Shown piece after piece: positions 24,049 through 30,791 of a DNA stretch of 43,472 bases. Source of the stretch: an uncultured Candidatus Saccharibacteria bacterium (GTDB taxonomy: Bacteria; Patescibacteriota; Saccharimonadia; CAILAD01; BJGX01). Location of the stretch: positions 1 to 43,472 of the forward strand of contig CAYNHH010000001.1 of assembly GCA_964397085.1 (NCBI GenBank). The letters are read 5' to 3'. Numbering within the stretch: the first letter of the stretch is position 1; each line of letters begins with the position of its first letter. The notes under the pieces were generated by a model. That model did no database searches and was not told the DNA's origin. It saw nothing but the letters and a program-made list of their open reading frames with translations. Both the position numbers and the translations under genes were made by a program.

Positions 24049-24804
24049 TCATTTCGCCACAGATGAAGCTAGCTTAATCATATTAAACAGATCGCGCATG
24101 GCTTGAGCAATCTGTGGACTGTGAATAATCGTACCAAGTACTTCATCGCCAAAGCTCAAATACGCTACCTTGTCACCATATATATTTATCTCTACCGGCA
24201 TAGCAAAGGCCTCTGGGTCATAAAACGTACGGGTCAATAGCATCTTTTTGTCTATTGATTTATTATGATTAGCCTGGGGTGTATCTGGAGTAAGAGCATC
24301 TACTTTTATCTTCTTCTTTGCTCTGCTCTTAATAAAATCATCCAAAAAATTATCACCCATATAATCATGCTGAGTTGGCGTCATTATGAGGTGAAAATCT
24401 TGATTAGTATCGAGAATGTCATCATATATATGCTCAAGGGCATCTTTACCCTGAAAGAACCGTACCTCTGGTTGCTCAGTGGTAGCGAAGTACGTTTTTA
24501 CCATATTGGGCATAATACTATTGAGCTTATATTCCCAGTTAAGAATCTTATTTCGACGTCGCTCTACATAAGCCTCAAGATTGACCGGATGTGATGGCTT
24601 ATAGCTCAGATTCTTCTTAGTAGCATCCCTTGTAACTAAGCCTGATTTTTCTAGCTTAGCAAGTATTGCATAGGTGTTAGTTCGCGTCTCGCCTATCTCT
24701 TGAGCCAAGTCTGCAGGTGTATGATCCCCGGCCTCAAGTAAGGCCAAATAAGCATTTGCTTGGGGCTCGGTAAGGCCTATTCCTTGTAGTATTTCTTTGT
24801 TCAT
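24049..24804 (-). CDS. TrmB-family transcriptional regulator (paralog 2)
   Basis: N-terminal wHTH GLTEPQANAYLALLEAGDHTPADLAQEIGETRTNTYAILAKLEKSGLV; 251 aa. Confidence 0.85.
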   Translation of the reverse strand: MNKEILQGIGLTEPQANAYLALLEAGDHTPADLAQEIGETRTNTYAILAKLEKSGLVTRDATKKNLSYKPSHPVNLEAYVERRRNKILNWEYKLNSIMPNMVKTYFATTEQPEVRFFQGKDALEHIYDDILDTNQDFHLIMTPTQHDYMGDNFLDDFIKSRAKKKIKVDALTPDTPQANHNKSIDKKMLLTRTFYDPEAFAMPVEINIYGDKVAYLSFGDEVLGTIIHSPQIAQAMRDLFNMIKLASSVAK

Positions 24805-24812
24805 ATAGCTTC

Positions 24813-24842
24813 AGTATAGCATACTCTAAAGCCAGTTGTCAA
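24813..24842 (-). promoter_or_regulatory. Promoter positioned for leaderless translation of TrmB paralog 2
   Basis: Minus strand reads TTGACA-N18-(TGc)TATACT, with 8 nt between the -10 and the ATG at 24804. Confidence 0.55.
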
Positions 24843-24856
24843 TATTATAATGACAA
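24836..24856. promoter_or_regulatory. 21-bp near-perfect palindrome overlapping the TrmB -35 (candidate operator)
   Basis: TTGTCAATATTATAATGACAA: 6-bp arms TTGTCA/TGACAA plus an inner TAT/ATA. Confidence 0.45.
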
Positions 24857-24903
24857 TTTGTAGCTATATTTACAGATACAACACAATATATTACATTACG
24901 ATA

Positions 24904-24932
24904 TTGACTTTTATACTAACTAAGACTATAAT
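24904..24932 (+). promoter_or_regulatory. Consensus sigma70 promoter, divergent from TrmB paralog 2
   Basis: TTGACT-N17-TATAAT. Confidence 0.6.
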
Positions 24933-24938
24933 TCTATG

Positions 24939-25301
24939 CATACTTAAAAAGTAGTACATAAGACAAGTAAGCGTTCATGCGAACACTCGTAAATCTTCAA
25001 GAGCCCAGTACACAAAACAACACAGTTTTTGAAGACATATGAATCGAGAAATATCTGGCCCCATACAATCTTTAGGCAATAAGAGATTGAATGGGAGTCG
25101 GATTTTCTCGACCCGCTCCCTACTTTACTTCGACACAAGCCCGAGAACTTGTGCCGGATATGAAAGTGTATCCCGGGCGAAGGCAACCCGTTCTGAGTTG
25201 CCATTAGTTCTTATTCGACACCTGTCCTTAAAAGAGACAGAAGTCGGATTGGAATCACCAATTCGATTCGCTTCAAAAGCGAAGTACCTTAGAGGAGAAA
25301 T
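24939..25301 (+). other. ~360-nt untranslated leader or independent small RNA
   Basis: No credible ORF between the predicted TSS (~24939) and the GTG at 25302. Several 5-8-bp hairpins, e.g. GGGAG..CTCCC 25093-25120, CACAAG/CTTGTG, GGCAAC/GTTGCC, TTCGCTT/AAGCGAA. Confidence 0.3.
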
Positions 25302-25616
25302 GTGAGTACTATTAGCACCAAAAAGGAACTTCCTCACGACAAGATAATTATGGCCATTGTGGTAATTTGTGCAATTGGCACCATGATTGTTTTGATGCTT
25401 GGGCGCAATAATTTCCAAGATCAGGAAATTCCTACAGAAAACCCTGCACCCATTGAGGTGAGTTGTGCAACAGCACCACTCTTTGAAGCTGATGCACTAC
25501 ATTACTACGCCGAACAATATCAGTACGGCGGCACTGAATACCGTGCCCAACAGGGCAATTTTGCTGCCAACATGGCCCGTCTGGGCTACGAAAAGTGCGA
25601 GGAGCAATCTAATTAG
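25302..25616 (+). CDS. Small membrane-anchored protein (GTG start)
   Basis: 104 aa. SD AGAGGAG upstream, one TM (IIMAIVVICAIGTMIVLML). Confidence 0.5.
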   Translation: MSTISTKKELPHDKIIMAIVVICAIGTMIVLMLGRNNFQDQEIPTENPAPIEVSCATAPLFEADALHYYAEQYQYGGTEYRAQQGNFAANMARLGYEKCEEQSN

Positions 25617-25687
25617 TCAACTAACGCTAGCAATAGCACTTACTTTAAGGAAACCGTTAGTAAACGGGCCCAACACATGAAATATTA

Positions 25688-25716
25688 TTGACTATTTATG
25701 ATATTTATGCTAATAT
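25688..25716 (+). promoter_or_regulatory. Promoter cassette 3 (TTGACT-N17-TAATAT, extended -10)
   Basis: TTGACTATTTATGATATTTATGCTAATAT. Confidence 0.65.
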
Positions 25717-25856
25717 AGCTATCTAATTTTAACCTGTTGGTAATCAACCTCTCATCTAGAAACAGATAAGGGGTCGGTAACCAACCCGAGCGCACTCATC
25801 TGTCGCGCTGACCATAAAGCCAAAGACAGCAGAACCTCACAATAAGGAAGGTAAGA

Positions 25857-26252
25857 ATGTCGTATTACGATGACGACGTGAAGGACGGATTGAGCCTGTT
25901 TTGGCTCATTCTGTGCGGCGGTGCCGCTCTCCTGTTGCTCTTTGGTGTTGGTGCTGCCGTTTGGCAGAAATCGCTACCTTGGCAGCATGAGAATGAGAGG
26001 CAATCAATCCAGAACGATCGCGGCTACATTCAGGCTCAACAGTCTGTACTAACCGACGAAGTTCATGAGATCCGCAGGCTTGAGGCCGATATCAAGGCTT
26101 ATGGCGAAGACCCCCAGAAGGCCGAAGCCAAGAGTGGTAAAGAAGCCCAGATCAAAGCGGGCCTCGACACCATAGAGCAGAAAATGAATCAGCTCAACCC
26201 CGATGATGTACCCCAACAAGTGCGTGAGCTCCTCACCGAGTATCACCGATGA
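25857..26252 (+). CDS. Membrane-anchored coiled-coil protein
   Basis: 131 aa. TM LFWLILCGGAALLLLFGVGAAVW followed by a charged helical region. SD AAGGAAGG. Confidence 0.65.
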   Translation: MSYYDDDVKDGLSLFWLILCGGAALLLLFGVGAAVWQKSLPWQHENERQSIQNDRGYIQAQQSVLTDEVHEIRRLEADIKAYGEDPQKAEAKSGKEAQIKAGLDTIEQKMNQLNPDDVPQQVRELLTEYHR

Positions 26253-26821
26253 AAGGAACCAGATTGTCCACCCACAGAAAACTTGTTGCAGTTGTAGTCG
26301 CCTTGGCCTGTCTTGCAATGACGACAGGCTGCCTTGGTGACTCACAAGAAGATCGCGATCGAAATGCGCAAGAGCAAGCTCTAAACGAGATGCGGAAGAA
26401 CACCCCACTACCTTCTTTCAAAACTTCTCGCGAACTCGATGAAGCCATTCAGCTGTACATCATGCGCAACAAGTCCATCGACACTACTACCCTGGTGATG
26501 ACCTATGGTAAGTTGCTATTCACTTGTCCGAGCAAAGGCTACGGCCTGCCCTACGGCGTGAATGTGAGCAACCCTGTGCAAAAAGATGGAGCTGGCGGAA
26601 ATATTTCGCAAGCAGAGCCTAACGGCTTGTTCACCGATGGTGTTCAGACCCAAGCAACTTGGGTGATCTGCGTTCGTAAGAACGGAGACCAGGTTGCGAT
26701 CTACTCTGAAGACCACGTCGATGTGTTCCCCTTTGCCGTCAAGGTCAGTGAAACCCCAATGGTCTCTGACATCGATGATCTACCCTCGGGTGCAAAAATC
26801 GAAGTCAAAGACGGCAAGTAG
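26249..26821 (+). CDS. Putative lipoprotein
   Basis: 190 aa. Signal peptide ending ..LACLAMTTGC. ATGA overlap with the upstream gene. Confidence 0.65.
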   Translation: MKGTRLSTHRKLVAVVVALACLAMTTGCLGDSQEDRDRNAQEQALNEMRKNTPLPSFKTSRELDEAIQLYIMRNKSIDTTTLVMTYGKLLFTCPSKGYGLPYGVNVSNPVQKDGAGGNISQAEPNGLFTDGVQTQATWVICVRKNGDQVAIYSEDHVDVFPFAVKVSETPMVSDIDDLPSGAKIEVKDGK

Positions 26822-26834
26822 TACCTTCCTCACA

Positions 26835-26867
26835 GGGAGCCCGGGACCCTAAAAGTCTGGGGCTCCC
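26835..26867 (+). terminator. GC-rich hairpin without a U-tract
   Basis: GGGAGCCC/GGGCTCCC 8-bp stem. Confidence 0.5.
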
Positions 26868-26915
26868 ACCCCTAATTTCTTACTCGACAATCCATATTGT
26901 AAATACCATATTGAT

Positions 26916-26940
26916 TGTCGGGCGTGAAAACAACCGAGCG
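26916..26940 (+). promoter_or_regulatory. Conserved leader motif, copy A
   Basis: TGTCGGGCGTGAAAACAACCGAGCG, about 66 nt before the GTG at 27007. Shared with 29536-29564. Confidence 0.55.
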
Positions 26941-27006
26941 TAATCATGACTGACACGCTGGCAACCCGCCAAAAGTTCAGTTGCAATTTCAAATTGAGGA
27001 GAAAAG

Positions 27007-28152
27007 GTGCACAAACACCAACACAAGTTTGGACGCTTTGCGTTCATCATGGTCGCGATCCTGCTGTTTGCAGGCTTGCTCACCAGCTGTAGCAAGACGT
27101 ACAGCAGTAGTGATGCGTACAAGTGCGCTATCAATACCAAGACCGGCAAGATCGACAAGGAACTTCCTCCAGGGTCTGGTGAAATCGATCAGCCTGATGA
27201 CACAGTCATCTACACGGTCCCAACCTCTGACAGGTTCTACAACATCGACCCCAACCGCAGCATCGCCGACGATGGCGCACCTGACTACGTCAAGGGTCGG
27301 TCGATTGGCTATAAAGACACATTGGCGGTCGTTCATGTCCGCTTCAAGTTCAACCAGACCAAGATCTGTCAGTGGGTGTTGCGTCACGGCAAGCGCAACG
27401 ATGGCAACAACGATGGTGATTTGCAATTCAACGCCCGACTAGCACAGGGCGATGCTAATCAACCAAACCGTCGTGCTCTCACCGAGTGGGCAGTGTGGCT
27501 CAACGAGAACTTTGGCAGTAACATCCAGCGCGTAGCCGAGCCCCTGTGGCAACGCTACGACTGGCCGTACATGGTCTACAACTACCCTGTCAACGCCGAT
27601 AACAATGGTCTACTCGCGCCCGATGTGAAGCCAGAAGCCCTCACTCGCAAGCAACTCGAAACCGACATCGGCAAGGCATTCAGCGATGAGCTTCGAAGCA
27701 AGCTGGGTGATGATTTCTTCTGTGGTGTTGGCTACGATCCAACCAAGCCAGATGTGTGTCCGCCAATCGACATTCAGATTGACGACATCACACTTTTGGA
27801 TAAGAAAGCCATGGATGATCGCAAGGCGCTCGACGTACAGCGTGATGAAGCCAAGAATCTCGAGGAACAATCGAGAATCAATGACGACATCATTGCCAAA
27901 AAGACAGCCGCCAAGGAAAGTGAAGACAATCTGCGTCGACTCGAAACCGAGCTGGCCAACGCCAAGGAGGCTGACAAACGAGCTCAACTTTTGGAACAGC
28001 TGGAAACAGCACGAGTCCAGGCTCAGATTGACAACCAATCCTGCATCGTCAAGAAGGAACAAGCAGGCTATACCTGTGCTGAAGAGGAAGCTGCCAAGCA
28101 TCAGCAGGGCAACACCAACGTGCAGGTCAACCCGCCCACTACCACACCGTAA
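27007..28152 (+). CDS. Lipoprotein with an SPFH/Band-7-like body and a C-terminal coiled coil (family assignment tentative)
   Basis: 381 aa. Good lipobox LLTSC. Beta-rich core followed by a long charged heptad region (ALDVQRDEAKNLEEQSRI...LETARVQAQ), as in SPFH proteins. SD GAGGAG. Confidence 0.65.
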   Translation: MHKHQHKFGRFAFIMVAILLFAGLLTSCSKTYSSSDAYKCAINTKTGKIDKELPPGSGEIDQPDDTVIYTVPTSDRFYNIDPNRSIADDGAPDYVKGRSIGYKDTLAVVHVRFKFNQTKICQWVLRHGKRNDGNNDGDLQFNARLAQGDANQPNRRALTEWAVWLNENFGSNIQRVAEPLWQRYDWPYMVYNYPVNADNNGLLAPDVKPEALTRKQLETDIGKAFSDELRSKLGDDFFCGVGYDPTKPDVCPPIDIQIDDITLLDKKAMDDRKALDVQRDEAKNLEEQSRINDDIIAKKTAAKESEDNLRRLETELANAKEADKRAQLLEQLETARVQAQIDNQSCIVKKEQAGYTCAEEEAAKHQQGNTNVQVNPPTTTP

Positions 28153-28200
28153 GCACAAGTAATACCTACTTTAAAGAGTAGGCTTTTCTCCTAGTTCATC

Positions 28201-28250
28201 GCCAAGAAGGTGGGCGGTAGAGGGTTACACCTCTCCCCCACCTTCTTGGC
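28201..28250 (+). terminator. 50-nt GC-rich hairpin without a U-tract
   Basis: Perfect 14-bp outer stem GCCAAGAAGGTGGG/CCCACCTTCTTGGC plus an inner AGAGG/CCTCT. Confidence 0.55.
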
Positions 28251-28259
28251 CTAACATTT

Positions 28260-28295
28260 CCGTGAAAGTTATGTGCATAATATGATTTTCACGGG
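28260..28295. promoter_or_regulatory. Inverted repeat CCGTGAAA-N20-TTTCACGG framing a -10-like CATAAT/TAATAT (candidate operator/promoter)
   Basis: Perfect 8-bp arms at 28260-28267 and 28288-28295, about 60 nt before the ATG at 28356. Confidence 0.45.
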
Positions 28296-28355
28296 AATAT
28301 TACCCGGCTAGTCTCACTAGTAGTAACTTCACAAACCTAGAGAAAATGAGGAGAC

Positions 28356-29432
28356 ATGAATTCGTCTACCCAGCGCCACAAGCGCATTGCGAGCTTGCAA
28401 GCCCGCGTACTTGGTGGCATTGTGGCAGTCGTGCTTGCGCTCACCACCATGAGTGGTATGAAGCAAGCGTTCGATCACCACACTGCAAGCAACCAAGCCG
28501 AGATGGTTGCCAAACGTAACGAGTTCTGGCAGATTGTTGCTCATCAAAAGGCACCAAATGCCAGTAACGTCAAAAATAGCTTTGCTATCACTTTGCGCAA
28601 TAAGCTTGGAGACCCCGACACCAGGGCCACAGCACTCCCCCAAGAAATTGAAGAGTTTCGGGCTGGGCCAAACGCCTTTGGTGGCATTGAATCTGAGCTT
28701 GGATTTGTGCCTTTTGATAACACCGGGCAGCAATGCACCGTCTGTGGCTCACTAAGTAGCGATATGAAAACAAAGCTCCTACAGATCAAGCAGGGTAACC
28801 TTTCCACTGTATTGGGCCAAGAAGAAGCCACCGTTGGTGACACATCTTGGCATTTTACGCCCTTCGACATGAATACCTTGCTTTGGCTGGCGTTCGTCTA
28901 TAGTGGTAGCACCATTGGTGCGATGATGTTCGCTGTGCGTCGAGATAGCCATGACCACAACTACCGTGCCAGTCTGCTAGACTGGCAGTATGACGGTGGA
29001 TCACAAGCTGATATATATCGCCGACTCAGCAAGCAAATTTCGCCCCTGTACTTCGTGACGGTTCTACCATTGCAGCGTAAGCTCAGCAAAGACAAGACCC
29101 ACAGCAAAGTACTTGAAGCTATTGGACTTGCAAGTAGTGATGCCAAGCTACGTGCTGCTCTCACTCAGATTGATGCATTACCGCTTTCACAGCAAAACGA
29201 TATTGGAGTGATTGAACAACGCGAGCTAATTGAGTCACTACTTGATCAGATTGATCAGCAAGTCAACAACTACAACAACACTGATGATCTGAGTCTGGTT
29301 GTTACACACTCAATTGAAAGCATTCAGGTGCTCACTCGTGATGCAGCAGATGCAATCAACAGTCGTTCTGCGGCACTTGGTGAAATTGATAAAACCGATG
29401 CTCAAGCCAGCGGAAAAACTTCACTCTCATAA
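28356..29432 (+). CDS. Hypothetical membrane protein (2 predicted TM)
   Basis: 358 aa. TMs VLGGIVAVVLALTTMSG and LLWLAFVYSGSTIGAMMFAV. SD GAGGAG. Confidence 0.65.
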   Translation: MNSSTQRHKRIASLQARVLGGIVAVVLALTTMSGMKQAFDHHTASNQAEMVAKRNEFWQIVAHQKAPNASNVKNSFAITLRNKLGDPDTRATALPQEIEEFRAGPNAFGGIESELGFVPFDNTGQQCTVCGSLSSDMKTKLLQIKQGNLSTVLGQEEATVGDTSWHFTPFDMNTLLWLAFVYSGSTIGAMMFAVRRDSHDHNYRASLLDWQYDGGSQADIYRRLSKQISPLYFVTVLPLQRKLSKDKTHSKVLEAIGLASSDAKLRAALTQIDALPLSQQNDIGVIEQRELIESLLDQIDQQVNNYNNTDDLSLVVTHSIESIQVLTRDAADAINSRSAALGEIDKTDAQASGKTSLS

Positions 29433-29447
29433 GTTTCTAGGTAACCG

Positions 29448-29488
29448 CCGGGGTAGTCACACTCACATTCGTGAAGTGACTACCCCGG
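29448..29488 (+). terminator. GC-rich hairpin without a U-tract
   Basis: Perfect 13-bp stem CCGGGGTAGTCAC/GTGACTACCCCGG with an inner TCAC/GTGA. Confidence 0.55.
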
Positions 29489-29535
29489 TAACACATTTTC
29501 ACTTTCGACACTCAGCTCTAATAAATGGAGTTGGC

Positions 29536-29564
29536 TGTCGGGCGTGAAATCCACAACCGAGCAC
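29536..29564 (+). promoter_or_regulatory. Conserved leader motif, copy B
   Basis: TGTCGGGCGTGAAATCCACAACCGAGCA. The 19 nt TTGGCTGTCGGGCGTGAAA differ at 2 positions from TTGATTGTCGGGCGTGAAA at 26911. Confidence 0.55.
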
Positions 29565-29596
29565 CTACCAGCCACAACCAAAAGGATCGTATCACT

Positions 29597-30400
29597 ATGT
29601 GTGTCACTACTGCCCAAGCGCAGATCGACCGTACCCAGGTGTATAGCCTGGTAACTACCCACATCGATGGTGGTCAACCAGTGCACGTTACTGGGTATCA
29701 AAACAGGGCAAAGAATCTTTCGGCCGAGCCCAACTGCATGATCTTGCACTTCCCTTCTCAAGCAGTCCCAGAGCTGCTGCAGGGAGCAACAAGTTCCAAG
29801 GGTCTTATGGCCAGCATCACTGCTGGCCTGGATACGCTAGGGCCAACCCCTCCAGTCTTTAGGGGCAGAGGCAGTCACTTAGAATCCGCCCATGTTGAAG
29901 AGTATGGCGACTACCATGTGGTTCTTGCCGACTACGCCAAGAACATGCTCAATGTACTTGACCAGGTACCTACCAACAGGCGTCCGCGAATCACTCCCCA
30001 GCTCGAAGCCCTGGTGGGCTGGTATGGACAGCAGTTTCCTGATTACACCTTTTTGTTGGCGTGCTTCGACGGTTCGGTACACCCTAGCCACCCAATTGTG
30101 GTGAGCTATGTGCCAGACAATGACGATGTCATTTTTTGCCCCGGCCTTGACGGTCATGATGGGACAGTCCCTGAATTGGGCGCACCTATCGATCGAGATT
30201 TCAAGGTGGCTTATGGAGTTGCCGGTTTGACACTCAAGCACGAGGTCAACTTTGGGCGTTCAGACTGGTGGATCCCCACCAGCATTGCTGGATTTCACGA
30301 CAATCGCGCTTCTGCTCCCAATGGTGATTACGTGATTCCGCTTATGACGCTCCAAGAACGTTTTGATGGACGCGAGCTCGCCGAAGATCTGATCATGTAA
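29597..30400 (+). CDS. Hypothetical soluble protein starting Met-Cys
   Basis: ~267 aa from ATG 29597. The longer track ORF would translate the conserved leader motif. No recognised domain. Confidence 0.6.
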   Translation: MCVTTAQAQIDRTQVYSLVTTHIDGGQPVHVTGYQNRAKNLSAEPNCMILHFPSQAVPELLQGATSSKGLMASITAGLDTLGPTPPVFRGRGSHLESAHVEEYGDYHVVLADYAKNMLNVLDQVPTNRRPRITPQLEALVGWYGQQFPDYTFLLACFDGSVHPSHPIVVSYVPDNDDVIFCPGLDGHDGTVPELGAPIDRDFKVAYGVAGLTLKHEVNFGRSDWWIPTSIAGFHDNRASAPNGDYVIPLMTLQERFDGRELAEDLIM

Positions 30401-30421
30401 CATTCTGAGAAATAAGGTCTT

Positions 30422-30456
30422 TGCTGGTTTCTACCTTAAAGAAACCAGCATTTTTT
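30422..30456 (+). terminator. Rho-independent terminator closing the 25.3-30.4 kb island
   Basis: 11-bp stem TGCTGGTTTCT/AGAAACCAGCA followed by T6. Confidence 0.75.
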
Positions 30457-30475
30457 ATTTGCTATAATATACCAT

Positions 30476-30748
30476 ATGAACGAAGTACGAAAAGATCTTG
30501 GATATCAAAGCGAGCTACCTTCAGAAGAAAGTAGGCAGGCCATGCTACGCATTCTTGCCAATCAGCCACCAAAAGACCCTGAACCAGATTGGAAACTCAG
30601 TGAAGCTACCAAAAAAAACGGCCGCGAAAGTATAGCTCATACCCGTGCAGTACTTGAAGCTAAGCGTAAGCAATCAACGGGTGAAGCATTAACACCAAAT
30701 GAAGTGCAAATACTTACAGACCTACACAATCAAGAACACCAACAATAG
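30476..30748 (+). CDS. Hypothetical protein, apparently leaderless
   Basis: 90 aa. TATAAT (30463-30468) lies 7 nt before the ATG and there is no SD. Confidence 0.5.
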   Translation: MNEVRKDLGYQSELPSEESRQAMLRILANQPPKDPEPDWKLSEATKKNGRESIAHTRAVLEAKRKQSTGEALTPNEVQILTDLHNQEHQQ

Positions 30749-30754
30749 AATATT

Positions 30755-30781
30755 AAAAAAGACCCACGAGGGTCTTTTTTA
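30755..30781. terminator. Bidirectional rho-independent terminator
   Basis: A6-GACCC-ACGA-GGGTC-T6, between convergent genes. Confidence 0.75.
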
Positions 30782-30791
30782 ATCAATACAG

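Noticed and set aside
27194-27200. Other CUGAUGA hammerhead-core hits: 27194-27200 (+), 17144-17150 (-) and 4612-4618 (-).
   Set aside because: None is followed by a stem II hairpin plus GAAA, or preceded by a stem I / UH site. All lie inside well-supported coding regions.
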